Below are positions 41,882-52,565 of a DNA stretch of 64,000 nucleotides, piece by piece (position 1 is the first letter of the stretch; every line of letters begins with the position of its first letter). The notes under the pieces are model-generated. The model saw nothing but the letters and a program-made list of their open reading frames with translations. It ran no database searches and was not told where the DNA came from. The stretch covers positions 339,431 to 403,430 of the forward strand of contig CAWFGE010000022.1 of the NCBI GenBank assembly GCA_963815195.1, read 5' to 3'. Both the position numbers and the translations under genes were made by a program. The DNA is from an uncultured Planctomycetaceae bacterium (lineage in GTDB: Bacteria > Planctomycetota > Planctomycetia > Planctomycetales > Planctomycetaceae).

Positions 41882-43312
41882 CTAGCGGTAATCCTTCCCG
41901 GCGGCCGAGCGCTCGCAGGACGTTTGCCAGGCTTTCAGCGTTTGCTGCATTGGCCGGGCGATGTCGGGATGGGCGTCCGCGATGTCGTGCTCTTCGCTGG
42001 GATCGGCGAGAAGATCGTAAAGCTCCGTCTTCGCATTTTTGCCTTGGCCCACGATCACGAGTTTGTAGCGGTTGTCCGAAAGCGTGGCCATGTTCCCGGA
42101 CTGAAAGCCGATCGGCCGCGGGCGGGTTTCGGCTCGGCCTTCGATCACAGGCAACAGATTCACACCGTCGATCGGTTCGGGATGCGAAATCATTTCGAGG
42201 CCCGTGATGGAGAAGATCGTCGGCAGATAATCGCTCGTCACGCAGGGCACGGCGGTCTCGCGGGCTTTGCGGATTTTCGCCGGCCATTCCAAGAGCCCCG
42301 GCACCCGCACGCCGCCTTCATACAGCGACCGCTTCCGCCCGCGGAACGGCCCCGGACTCCCCGGCGTGCCGCGCTCCGGGCCGTTGTCACTCGAGAACCA
42401 AAGCATCGTGCTCTCGGCAATGTTCCAATCCCGCAGCGACTTCCGCAGCCGGCCGACTTGCTCGTCCATCGCGGAGATCGCGCCGTAATAGAGTTGCTCT
42501 TTGAGCGGCTGATCTTTGTAAAGATCCCGATACGCCTTCCCCGCCACCACCGGCAGATGCGGCGTGTGAAACCAGACCACCGCCAAGAACGGCTGCCGAT
42601 TCTTGACGGCTCGTTCCATAAACGGCAGCGCGCGATCGAGAACGATCCGCGAATCGTCGCCGGCGACGTTTTCGGTGACGGCATGCTCTTCGCCGTCCCA
42701 ATAATGGGTGCCGTAGTGCGCACCGTCTTCGGGCTTTTCGACCGGAATCCAACCATAACGCCGGCTCTGCCCCGGGCCGAATTTCTTCGGCACCACCAGC
42801 GGATCCCACGTCGGCACTTTGGACTCGGTCGAGAAATACGCGTCGAACCCGTTCATCGCGGGCGTGGCATAGTGCTCGGTCTTTCCGGGCCGGCCGCGGT
42901 TGGCGTCTTGGATCTTGGTCGTCAGCGTGCCCAGGTGCCATTTTCCAAAATGCCCGGTCGCGTAGCCTTTGGTTTTGAGAGCCTCCGCGAGCGTGAGTTC
43001 TTGAGGCTTCATATGCCCGGCGTTGGCGGTGGGAATCTCATAACGATACGGATGCCGGCCCGTGAGCACGCTGCCCCGCGTCGGCGAGCAGACAGGAGCC
43101 TGCGAATACCACCTGTTGAACTTCAGGCTGTTCGCGGCCATCGCGTCCAAGTTCGGCGTCCGCGCAATCTTCGATCCATTAAACCCCACATCGCCCCACC
43201 CCAGGTCATCGCACATCACCAACACCACATTCGGCAGCGCCTCCGCCGCGATGGTGGATGAAGCCGAGACAAAAAGCAGCAAACAAGCCAAGAAGTAAGA
43301 CGTTCGGGTCAT
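41882..43312 (-). CDS. Secreted S1 (formylglycine-dependent) sulfatase
   Basis: PNVVLVMCDDLG, CSPTR, GKWHLG, SSDNG, YEGGVRVP. Confidence 0.93.
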   Translation of the reverse strand: MTRTSYFLACLLLFVSASSTIAAEALPNVVLVMCDDLGWGDVGFNGSKIARTPNLDAMAANSLKFNRWYSQAPVCSPTRGSVLTGRHPYRYEIPTANAGHMKPQELTLAEALKTKGYATGHFGKWHLGTLTTKIQDANRGRPGKTEHYATPAMNGFDAYFSTESKVPTWDPLVVPKKFGPGQSRRYGWIPVEKPEDGAHYGTHYWDGEEHAVTENVAGDDSRIVLDRALPFMERAVKNRQPFLAVVWFHTPHLPVVAGKAYRDLYKDQPLKEQLYYGAISAMDEQVGRLRKSLRDWNIAESTMLWFSSDNGPERGTPGSPGPFRGRKRSLYEGGVRVPGLLEWPAKIRKARETAVPCVTSDYLPTIFSITGLEMISHPEPIDGVNLLPVIEGRAETRPRPIGFQSGNMATLSDNRYKLVIVGQGKNAKTELYDLLADPSEEHDIADAHPDIARPMQQTLKAWQTSCERSAAGKDYR

Positions 43313-43354
43313 CGAAAAAATCCTTTTGGTCATTGGGGCTTGGTCATTGGGCAT

Positions 43355-44571
43355 TTATTTCGTGGGGTTTTCGTACCAGATCACGCCCAGATTGTCGCGT
43401 TCTTCACAAGTGAGCGCATCCGAGATCCCCGTCGCCGTCGAGGTCGATCAGTTCCACGAGATCGAACTTCACGCCTTCCTTTTTGCCGCTGATTTCATGG
43501 GCGGTCCAAGAAGTTTTGGCAAAGGAATCGGCTTTGTTCCGCGAGAGCCAGAACACGCCGGTCTTCTTGGCGGAGTTTTCGCAGGTGACGACCAGATCGT
43601 TCCGCCCATCGCCGTCCACGTCCGCGATGGCGACACCTTTGCCGGTGCCGGTTTCGCTGGGCATGGGAACTTCGAGCGTCTCCCAGGCCGCGGGTTTTAC
43701 CGATGTTCGGCGGAAGACCAGCACCCCGCCGCCCCGCACGGCCGCCGCGAGGTCTTCGATGCCATCTTGATCCACATCGCCCGCCGCGAGGAACATCACC
43801 TCTTGATTCAAGCCGCCGATGTGGTGCACTTTCCAGGCCTGTTTCTGCTTGGGGCCGGGGCCGGGGTTTTCCAGCCAATGGCAGCCGCGGTTCGGGCCTT
43901 TGCGGTCGGTGATGATCAAATCCGAGTCGCCGTCCACGTCCAGGTCTTTTGCCAAAAGCGTCATAATCCAACCGGCTTTATAGATCGGATGCCAGCGCCA
44001 ATGATGCAAGTCGCGCGGGTTCGCCGCCGACTCGAACCAGCCGACCTCCGCATTGCCGCCTTTGGAACCCGCGATCAAGTCCGGCCCGTTTTGCCCGTCC
44101 ATTTGCAAAGGCAGACAGAACATCCAGCTTTGCTGCTTTTCGGAGACGGGGATCGCTTCGGTCTGCCAGGCCGCGGGGTTCTGGTATTGGTCTCTCTTGG
44201 GCGGTGCCCAGTGGATGAACACGGTTCGCTCCCGGCCTTCGCAGACTGCTGACGACGTCCACCGAGCCGTCGCCGTCCACATCCGCGAACACGGCGTCCT
44301 CCGGCGAATGCACCTGCCCCACGGTGACGGCCGGCCATTGTTCTTTGGCTTGCTTCGGCCCGGGATGGAGATAAACCCGAATCCGCCCGCCTTCTTCCCA
44401 ACCCGTGGTGATGTCGAGAAGCCTGTCGCCGTTCACATCCTGAAGCCGGACCCCATCCGCCCCGCGCGAAGAGCGGTCAATCGCATGCCGCGGCCAATCC
44501 GCCCCGCGATCCTGGGCCTTTAAAACGGAATACGAACCCAACCAAACCAGCAGAACCAGAATGCGAAACAT
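43355..44571 (-). CDS. Secreted FG-GAP/VCBS repeat protein (frameshifts near 44245 and 43421)
   Basis: Repeated DVxGDGxxD motifs; repaired C-terminus reads DALTCEERDNLGVIWYENPTK. Confidence 0.85.
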
Positions 44572-44968
44572 CGAAACTCTCTCAGCTCAGAGTCTATGCG
44601 GAAACGGACCTTTTCTTAAGTTGTGGTTTTTAGAGACTTGCCGCGAGTTATTTCTGTCTATGTGCAAAGGAGTGAATAGGGGTTGCAAAAAAGGGCCTTG
44701 GAGCCAGGATTTTCCCGCACATCGTTTGCGACGGAGGCCCCACGATGAGTTTGATTCATTCGGCATCCGATCACAAGTCCTCGGTTGACTCGAATGACCA
44801 CCCAAAAGTGCATGTCGCCGTTTCGGACACCATGCGGTTGCGTTATTATTTCTCGACTTGCAAGGCGACCATCTCCGGGACCACTCTCGATGAAATCGAA
44901 TGCCGTCCCAAGGCTGCGGATCGCCCACATCCAGCACCAAAAATGAAAAGAAATGGAGAGACCAAGCC

Positions 44969-45697
44969 ATGACCGCCCGGAAGCAAACGATTCTGATCAC
45001 CGGCGTCAGTTCCGGCATCGGCCACGCCTTGGCCGCACACTATCTGAACCACGAGCACCACGTCTGCGGGATCAGCCGGGGAACGCCGGACGAACGACTT
45101 CAGAAACAGAACTTTCGTTTCGAGAGCCTGGACCTCCGAAAGTTCGACCGCATCGCCCCCACGCTTGCCCGCTTGCTTAGCGGGGTGGATCGCCTGGACC
45201 TGGTCATACTCAATGCCGGGATCCTTGGCCGGTTTGGCGATCTCATCGACACGCCCCTGTCCGACCTGAAGAACACAATGGACGTCAACCTTTGGGCCAA
45301 TAAGGTGTTGCTTGACCGAATCTTCGCCAGCGGCGTGGACGTCTCCCAAGTGGTGGGGATTTCGTCGGGGGCCTCGGTCAACGGGCACCGCGGTTGGGGC
45401 GGTTATTCGCTCTCGAAGGCGGCGCTCAACATGCTGATGAAGCTCTACAGTGCCGAGCGGCCCGCGACGCACTTCACGGCGCTGGCTCCCGGAATCATCG
45501 ACACGGCCATGCAGGACGAACTCTGTTCGCGGCCCCAGGACGAACGGTACACGGCGATCGAAGTGCTCCGGTCCAAGCGAGGCACGCCCGAGATGCCCCC
45601 GCCGGAGAAAGCCGCCCCGATGCTCGCTGAGACGTTCGCCCGCCTGCCCGAACTGATCGAAAGCGGCGAGTATGCGGACGTCCGTCAGCTCCCGTAG
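44969..45697 (+). CDS. Short-chain dehydrogenase (benzil / sepiapterin reductase-like)
   Basis: TGVSSGIG, LNAG, YSLSK, PGIIDTAMQ. Confidence 0.9.
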   Translation: MTARKQTILITGVSSGIGHALAAHYLNHEHHVCGISRGTPDERLQKQNFRFESLDLRKFDRIAPTLARLLSGVDRLDLVILNAGILGRFGDLIDTPLSDLKNTMDVNLWANKVLLDRIFASGVDVSQVVGISSGASVNGHRGWGGYSLSKAALNMLMKLYSAERPATHFTALAPGIIDTAMQDELCSRPQDERYTAIEVLRSKRGTPEMPPPEKAAPMLAETFARLPELIESGEYADVRQLP

Positions 45698-45776
45698 GCT
45701 GAGTCGCCTGACTGGTGGCAACAATTCCTCCCATCGAGCCTTATTCTCCTTTGGAAACACCGTCATCGCGCTTTGA

Positions 45777-45805
45777 TTGGGATCGCTCGGTGGCCTTGGT
45801 AGAAT
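45777..45805 (+). promoter_or_regulatory. Candidate sigma70 promoter
   Basis: TTGGGA-N17-TAGAAT with extended TG. Confidence 0.35.
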
Positions 45806-45867
45806 CAGCGTAATCCTCAGTCTCCCCGCGCATTTCGAACGCCAATTCTGATAGGAAGGCACAACGA

Positions 45868-48138
45868 ATGATAACTCGTACGAATCGCATTTGTTTCGGA
45901 TTTGTGACTCTTGTCGGCGTGTTAGTTTTCTCGGGGCCGCCGCGTGGTTTCGCGGAGTGGCAACGCCAAGGTGCGTCGAACTCCGCCCATCTGCCGCGAA
46001 GCTCGCCCGAGTCGCAGGGCGTCTCCTCCGCTCAAGTGCGGATGTTTGTGGAAGCGGCCAATAAGCAAGTCGATTCGATGCACAGTTTCATGCTTGTGCG
46101 GCACGGTCATGTCGTGGCGGAAGGCTGGTGGAGTCCCGAGGCCGCGCGCAAACCGCATATCCTCTGGTCGCTGAGCAAGAGTTTCACATCGACGGCTATC
46201 GGGCTGGCTGTTGCGGAAGGGAAACTCGACATCGACGACAAAGTCCTCAAATTCTTTCCCGACGATATACCAGCGAAGCCCTCCGAAAACCTTCAGGCCA
46301 TGCGGGTTCGGGATCTGCTGACGATGTCCACCGGCCACGATCCGCTTCCGAAACTGACGGAAGACGGGGTGTGGGTCAAGCAATTTCTCGCACAACCCGT
46401 GCCCCACAAGCCGGGAACGAAGTTCCTCTACAACACCCCGGCAACGTACATGCTGTCGGCCATCGTGCAGAAGGTCACCGGAAAGACGGTGCTCGATTAT
46501 CTAACGCCTCGGTTGTTCGAGCCACTGGGAATCGAAAAACCGACATGGGAAGCGAGCCCGCAGGGCATCTCGATTGGCGGATATGGGCTGTATCTCAAGA
46601 CAGAGGACATCGCGAAGTTCGGCCAGCTTTACTTGCAGAAAGGCAAATGGAACGCCAAGCAACTCATCCCCGCCGAGTGGATCGCATCGGCCACAAGCAA
46701 GCAGGTCGATAACGACAAGGCGCCCAGTGGTCGCAATCCCGATTGGCGAGAAGGTTACGGATTTCAATTCTGGCGATGCCGCCACGGGGCCTATCGAGGG
46801 GACGGCAAGGACGGCCAGTTCTGCATCGTGCTGCCGAAGCAAGACGCGGTCATCGCGATCACCGCCAAAACAGGGAATATGCAGAAGCAACTCGACTTGG
46901 TTTGGGAACACCTGCTGCCTGCGTTTCACGATGAGCCACTCCCCGCGAATCCGGCCGAGCTTGAGAAACTCCAGGCCACTTTGTCGAATCTCAAGCTGAC
47001 CAATCCCTTTCTGGCAACGCCTGCATACGTCGGTCCTCCGAAGCAACCCGATCACGAGGCGACGAATCGGGCATTTCAGGGGATTCCCAGTCTCGCGGTG
47101 GCCCCGTGCGGGCGGTTGTGGGCGAACTGGTACGCGGGCATCACGCCGGGCGAGGATCACAATAATTACGTTGTCGTTTCGACGAGCGAACACGCCGGAA
47201 AATCATGGCGCGAAGTTCTGGTCATCGATCCCGATGGGGCGGGACCCGTACGAGCCTTCGACCCGGAACTCTGGGTGGCTCCGACCGGGCGATTATTTGT
47301 GTTCTGGGCTCAGGCCGCTGGCCATGACGGTTCGGTCGCGGGCGTGTGGTGCGTGCACACCGACAACCCCGACGCGGCACAACCCGAATGGAGCCAACCG
47401 CGGCGGCTGACCGATGGCATCATGATGTGTAAGCCCGTCGTGCTCCGCACCGGCGAATGGGTGTTGCCTGTGTCAACCTGGCGAGCCACGGACTCCAGCG
47501 CGCGGATGATCGTATCGACGGACCTGGGTCGAACGTGGTCGCTAAGAGGAGCCTGCAACGTGCCGAAGGATGTCCGCGCGTTTGACGAACACATCATCGT
47601 CGAACGTAAAGATGGTTCGCTGTGGCTGCTGGCCCGCACAAAATACGGTATCGGCGAGAGCGTCTCCACCAATCGCGGTAAAGTCTGGCCGGACCTCAAA
47701 CCCTCGACGATCGCCCATCCCAGTGCCCGTTTCTTCGTCCGGCGACTCACGTCCGGCAACCTGTTGCTCGTCAAACACGGTGCCATCGACCAGCGCACCG
47801 GCCGCTCGCATCTGACGGCCTTCGTGTCGAGCGATGAAGGAAAAACATGGACCGGCGGTCTGCTGTTGGATGAACGCAGCGGGGTCTCGTATCCCGACGG
47901 CCAGCAAACGAGCGACGGCCTGATTCGAATTATTTACGACTTCAGCCGCACGGGGTCGCGGCGAATTTTGATGGCCACGTTTCGGGAAGAGGACGTCGCG
48001 GCCGGTAAGCCGGTCAGTCAGGATGTCCGCCTGCGTAAACTCATCAGCGAGGCCTCCGGCGGCAAGGAGAAAAAAACGAACCGGTCCGCAACAACGCCGA
48101 CGGCGAAGCCCTTCGCCGGCAGAACTCCGGTTCCCTAA
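45868..48138 (+). CDS. Secreted beta-lactamase-like serine hydrolase fused to a BNR/sialidase-like domain
   Basis: SLSK (SxxK), FLYNT, YRGDG; Asp-boxes STDLGRTW and SSDEGKTW, SYPDG. Confidence 0.85.
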   Translation: MITRTNRICFGFVTLVGVLVFSGPPRGFAEWQRQGASNSAHLPRSSPESQGVSSAQVRMFVEAANKQVDSMHSFMLVRHGHVVAEGWWSPEAARKPHILWSLSKSFTSTAIGLAVAEGKLDIDDKVLKFFPDDIPAKPSENLQAMRVRDLLTMSTGHDPLPKLTEDGVWVKQFLAQPVPHKPGTKFLYNTPATYMLSAIVQKVTGKTVLDYLTPRLFEPLGIEKPTWEASPQGISIGGYGLYLKTEDIAKFGQLYLQKGKWNAKQLIPAEWIASATSKQVDNDKAPSGRNPDWREGYGFQFWRCRHGAYRGDGKDGQFCIVLPKQDAVIAITAKTGNMQKQLDLVWEHLLPAFHDEPLPANPAELEKLQATLSNLKLTNPFLATPAYVGPPKQPDHEATNRAFQGIPSLAVAPCGRLWANWYAGITPGEDHNNYVVVSTSEHAGKSWREVLVIDPDGAGPVRAFDPELWVAPTGRLFVFWAQAAGHDGSVAGVWCVHTDNPDAAQPEWSQPRRLTDGIMMCKPVVLRTGEWVLPVSTWRATDSSARMIVSTDLGRTWSLRGACNVPKDVRAFDEHIIVERKDGSLWLLARTKYGIGESVSTNRGKVWPDLKPSTIAHPSARFFVRRLTSGNLLLVKHGAIDQRTGRSHLTAFVSSDEGKTWTGGLLLDERSGVSYPDGQQTSDGLIRIIYDFSRTGSRRILMATFREEDVAAGKPVSQDVRLRKLISEASGGKEKKTNRSATTPTAKPFAGRTPVP

Positions 48139-48303
48139 GCCGACTTCAAATCCCTCAAATTCGCCAAGGGGGCGAAGTTTTTACAGACCGCCCTTACACG
48201 GCCGCCGAATTACTCTCGGCCCTCGAAGGAGCCGGCTTTCTGCGAATCCCAATCGAGAGTCGTAAGGCGGGGATGTCGGCTTGGGACCGTTCACGCAACC
48301 GGG

Positions 48304-50319
48304 TTACATCCCGGAATGGGTGGCGTCGATCGAAGGCGAGGTTTCGTCGTACCAACTCGCGTTGGAGACGTTGAATCGGCGGTATTCCACGGTCTCTCCG
48401 CTCGCCGGGTCGCTGACGATCGTTTGAAACCGCAGCACGCCGAACGGGACCTGATCGCAGATCCACACGTCGCTGCGATAAATGAACCGCTGCCCCGCCG
48501 GGGCGAACGCCACCCGCGAAGCCGCCTGCTGGCAGCGGAAGGCGTCTTTTTTTCGCAGCGGCGTTTTGAGATAGCGGATGTGGTCGGCGTTATACGGCCG
48601 GGGCGACGGCAGGTTCCGCAGAAACGTCAACGCGTTCCGCTTCGCCTGCGCGGAAGGATTATCCCGCCACACGATGAACTCCCGCGGAGCACGCCCGGCG
48701 TTGAACTTCGCCTCGTCCAAATAGAATTCCTCCGAGCGCTGGCGGACGTTGCCCGTGATCCAGGTGGCGATGAGCTTGCGGATCGTCCGCCCCTCGTCTT
48801 TTGTCCGCCCGCCGTCTTCCAATCGCAAGACCGTCAGCGTGCCGTCGGATGCGGGGCTGGAGAACTCGATCCACGCCGGGTTCTTTTCATCCACGGGAGG
48901 CAGCGTCGAGAAGAATGTCGTCAGCCGGCGGGGCAGCGCGGGCGGGGGCGTGTCGTAATCGATCCATTCCCAATCCTTCATCAGCCCGTATAGCCACGAG
49001 GGGCTCCAAGGATTCGCCGTGGCCGAGGCCATCGAATACACCGAGACCACAAACAACAGCCCCGCTAAACCGACGAACCACGGCCGCCGGACAAAGCGGT
49101 CGAACAAGGGCAGCATCGCGACAAGCCAAAACGGGATCAGCCAGAACACCCACCTGAGCCCCGCGGTGTTGCCGCCGTAGTTGTAGTTCGCCGTGCGGGA
49201 CAAATAAAACCCCATGATGACGACCGTCAAAAAGACCCCGGCGGCGTGGATCGGCCACAGGCGATGCGATTTCCAGGACCGCACGTCCAGCCAACTCCAC
49301 AAGGTGAGCAGAAAGATCGGGGTCAGCGAAAAAATCCCATGATGCCCGATCGTGCAGTGCATCAAATACGCGCCCGGCGATTCCTGGTTGGCATCGATGC
49401 CTTTGGGGTGCACCCAATAGCTCGGCACGCCTTCGAAGACGTACTCGTATTTTTCGGTTCCATAATAGGCGTAAAACGGCTTGACGCCGCCGGTCGCGAG
49501 GTAGTTCGTCCAGAAAAACCCCGCCAGCGGCAAAACCGCCGCGGGCACGAAATAGAACAACGTCGACCGCCACGACTTCCAAGCGAGCAGGCAGAACACG
49601 ATCACGCCCCACAAGGCGGCGGGGAGTTCGTTGGTGCAGGCCAACGCGGCGAAGAATCCCGCCAGGGCAAACCACAGGGGGTGGCGTTTTTCATCGCAGA
49701 CGATACGGGCGGCGGGGATCAAAGAGAAAATCACGGAGACCGCCGCAACGGTGTGGTTGTTCAAGGTCACAAGATAGGTGCTCAAATACGTGCCGAACGC
49801 GGCCAGCGTCAGCACGAACCAGAACGCGCCTTTGGAGCGAGTGTATTGGGGCAGAAACCATGCCAAGACGCCCACCGCCAAGAGCATCGGCAGCAAATTG
49901 ACCAAAACCAGAATCGTGCGGACCACGGCTTTGGTGTCGTTGGGCGGTTTGGCGTCCGGGGCTCGGCCGGTGGTGTCCCCTTCGAACCGCCAACCCGTAA
50001 CGGCCCGCACGCCGCGGTAAACCCAGGAGACCAACGTCGGAAACAGCGGCGGCTTCGTGGAGTAGAAGTGGCCTTCGTGGCGGACCTTGTCGATCGTGTC
50101 CCAGCCGTCTTTTTTGATGATGTCGTCGATCTGATAGGTGTTCTGCACCGCGAGCGACCACACCGTCGCCCAGCGGGAGCGGTCGTTCGCGCTCAAATTC
50201 GGCTCGACGTGCAAAATCGCGGCGAGTCCCAATCCGCCCGCCAGACACAACAGCAAAAACACAAGCCGCCAATCACCAACGGGCGGCGAAGCTTGGGGTT
50301 CCGGAGAGTTCTGATTCAT
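48304..50319 (-). CDS. Multi-TM membrane protein with soluble C-terminal domain (possible GT-C fold)
   Basis: SANDRSRWAT, HFYSTKPP, about 10 TM helices. Confidence 0.7.
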   Translation of the reverse strand: MNQNSPEPQASPPVGDWRLVFLLLCLAGGLGLAAILHVEPNLSANDRSRWATVWSLAVQNTYQIDDIIKKDGWDTIDKVRHEGHFYSTKPPLFPTLVSWVYRGVRAVTGWRFEGDTTGRAPDAKPPNDTKAVVRTILVLVNLLPMLLAVGVLAWFLPQYTRSKGAFWFVLTLAAFGTYLSTYLVTLNNHTVAAVSVIFSLIPAARIVCDEKRHPLWFALAGFFAALACTNELPAALWGVIVFCLLAWKSWRSTLFYFVPAAVLPLAGFFWTNYLATGGVKPFYAYYGTEKYEYVFEGVPSYWVHPKGIDANQESPGAYLMHCTIGHHGIFSLTPIFLLTLWSWLDVRSWKSHRLWPIHAAGVFLTVVIMGFYLSRTANYNYGGNTAGLRWVFWLIPFWLVAMLPLFDRFVRRPWFVGLAGLLFVVSVYSMASATANPWSPSWLYGLMKDWEWIDYDTPPPALPRRLTTFFSTLPPVDEKNPAWIEFSSPASDGTLTVLRLEDGGRTKDEGRTIRKLIATWITGNVRQRSEEFYLDEAKFNAGRAPREFIVWRDNPSAQAKRNALTFLRNLPSPRPYNADHIRYLKTPLRKKDAFRCQQAASRVAFAPAGQRFIYRSDVWICDQVPFGVLRFQTIVSDPASGETVEYRRFNVSNASWYDETSPSIDATHSGM

Positions 50320-50576
50320 CAAGAAGCGATCGTCTGATTTATTAAGGAAAACGTCAAAAAGTCCTGCCTTCGGAGTCCCCCAGAATACAGGCTCGGACAA
50401 CCCGCTGGCTAGGGCTTCCTGCTTTATCTTTTGTCCCCGCGGACAGCCCGCCGATTCCCCCTTCAGCCTCGGCCCCGGAATAACCGATAAAAAACTCCAG
50501 GTCCGCGTCTGCCGCGCCGTGGCGGAAACGACGCACGTTCAGAACTCTCGCGTCCGGCGAATGGGGGGCCGTTGCG

Positions 50577-52418
50577 ATGACGACGAACCTGGTCCGCCGA
50601 TGGCTCTGGGACGTTCCCTCTTCGATCGTGCGGTATTGGAAGCACTTCGGCTCATCCCAATTGCGGATCAAGCTCGAAAAAGAATACCGCCGCCGCCGAA
50701 CCGCCACGCCCAAGCCGCTCACCCCCGGCCAGGCCCGCGAATGGGAACGCGAGTTTGTCCGCTTCCCTCAAATCTCCCTCGTGGTGCCGGTGCATGGGCC
50801 GCGGGTGTCTTGGCTCAAGCGTTGCATCCATTCCGCCCGGTCGCAGTATTATCCTGCCTGGGAATTGCTCCTCGTCGATGACAAGTTCAAGCGCCCCGAT
50901 TTGAAGCACCGATTGGAGCGTTACGCCCGGCAGGACCGGCGGATTCGGCTGGTTTCGCTTTCCCAAACCAGGGGAATTGCCCGGGCAAAGAATGCCGGGA
51001 TCGAGGCGGCCGCGGGCGAGTTCATCGGGTTTCTGAATCCCGAGGATCAATTGACCCCGGACGCGCTCTTATGGATTGTCGCGGCCCATCATCGGCAGCC
51101 GGAGGCGGTCTGGTTCTATTCCGACGAGGACAAAATCACCGGCATCGGCAAACGCATCGAACCATATTTCAAGCCCGCCTACTCGCCGGAGTTCCTGCTG
51201 GCGAAGATGTACACGACCCATTTCAGCGTGTATGCCGCCGGCCTGCTCCGGCAGGTTTGCGGACTGCGGTTGGGGTTTGACGGGGCGGAAGACCACGATT
51301 TGGCGCTTCGGCTTTCCGAGGTCGTCCGCCGGGATCAAGTCGTGCACATTCCGCGGATCCTTTATCACAAGCGGGCGGCGGCAGACCCAGCCGCCGCTCG
51401 CTCCAACGGACAAAAAGCCGTGTACGACGCCCTCGTTCGCCGCGGCCGAGCCGGCGATGTCGGCATTCATTCCGCGATCGACACCGCGTATCGGATTCGC
51501 TTTCGTCCCCAGTCCGCGCCCGCGGTGCGGATTCTGATCCCCACGCACAACGGGCTCGATGATCTCAGAGCCTGCCTGGATTCGATCGAACACCGCACGC
51601 GTTACAAGAACTACCGGATCACCGTCATCGACAACCGCTCCAACGACCCGGCGCTCTTGCGGTTCCTCGAACGGGCGGAATCGCTCCGCGTCCTCGAGGT
51701 CGTCCGCGATCCGCGTCCGTTCAATCATTCCCGCATGCACAACGACGTCATCGCCAATTGCCAGGACGAATTTCTGGTGTTCGTGAACAACGATGTGGAA
51801 TTATTAACGGACGGCTGGCTCGAGCAAATGCTCGGCACCGCCGAGTCTGATCCATCCATCGCGGGTGTGGGGGCGCTGCTTTTCTATCCCGACCGGACCG
51901 TGCAGCACGCGGGGATTTATCTCGGCCGGGAGGGGATCGCCGGGCATGTGCACCGCGGACTGGATGCGAACAACCCCGGCTATTTCGGGCAGGCCCATTT
52001 GCTCCGCAATGTTATCGGAGCGACGGCGGCGCTATTGTTGATGAGGCGAACTGCCTTTATCGAGGTGGGCGGCTTCGACGCCGAGCGGTATCCCACGAGT
52101 TTCAACGATGTCGATCTCTGGCTCCGGCTCGCAGAGCGGGGCGACCGCTGTGTTTACAATCCCGAAGTGCAGGCGATCCATCACGAATCGAAATCCCGGC
52201 GAGTCAATCAGGCGGAAGAGGAAATCTACCAGGAGCGGTTTCGCCGCCAATGGGCGGGCATGGTCGCGCGGGATCCGTTCTACAATCCCAACCTGAGCCC
52301 CGAAGAAGAACTCGCCCCCCAATGGCATCCCTATCCCATCGGCTCCTGGCGGGAGGAATGGTTCCGCTGCCACGCTTCCGCGGGAAACCAAACTCCGTCC
52401 CGCCGCCGCGCCGCGTAA
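50577..52418 (+). CDS. Two-domain GT2 glycosyltransferase (RfbC-like)
   Basis: ELLLVDD, YSDEDK, EDHDL, FVNNDVE, VQHAG, FNDVDL, HHESKSR, DPFYNPNL. Confidence 0.9.
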   Translation: MTTNLVRRWLWDVPSSIVRYWKHFGSSQLRIKLEKEYRRRRTATPKPLTPGQAREWEREFVRFPQISLVVPVHGPRVSWLKRCIHSARSQYYPAWELLLVDDKFKRPDLKHRLERYARQDRRIRLVSLSQTRGIARAKNAGIEAAAGEFIGFLNPEDQLTPDALLWIVAAHHRQPEAVWFYSDEDKITGIGKRIEPYFKPAYSPEFLLAKMYTTHFSVYAAGLLRQVCGLRLGFDGAEDHDLALRLSEVVRRDQVVHIPRILYHKRAAADPAAARSNGQKAVYDALVRRGRAGDVGIHSAIDTAYRIRFRPQSAPAVRILIPTHNGLDDLRACLDSIEHRTRYKNYRITVIDNRSNDPALLRFLERAESLRVLEVVRDPRPFNHSRMHNDVIANCQDEFLVFVNNDVELLTDGWLEQMLGTAESDPSIAGVGALLFYPDRTVQHAGIYLGREGIAGHVHRGLDANNPGYFGQAHLLRNVIGATAALLLMRRTAFIEVGGFDAERYPTSFNDVDLWLRLAERGDRCVYNPEVQAIHHESKSRRVNQAEEEIYQERFRRQWAGMVARDPFYNPNLSPEEELAPQWHPYPIGSWREEWFRCHASAGNQTPSRRRAA

Positions 52419-52431
52419 TAGAAGCGGAGCC

Positions 52432-52555
52432 AGAAGGTCGCCGTTCGCTCCGCCAACGGAGCGGATTGCCAGTTCGATGATGAATCGGATGCGTGCTGCG
52501 ATTGAAAATCTTCGCCGACTCCGCGCTCCGTTCGCGGAGCGAACGGCGACTTTCT
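52432..52555. repeat. REP-like inverted pair (family G, gtcgccgttcgctccg)
   Basis: agaaggtcgccgttcgctccgccaacggagcg ... cgctccgttcgcggagcgaacggcgactttct. Confidence 0.75.
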
Positions 52556-52565
52556 TTTTGCATCC

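Noticed and set aside
45868..47000. Antibiotic-resistance beta-lactamase
   Set aside because: The motifs fit the broad serine hydrolase family, and the domain is fused to a glycosidase-like domain.
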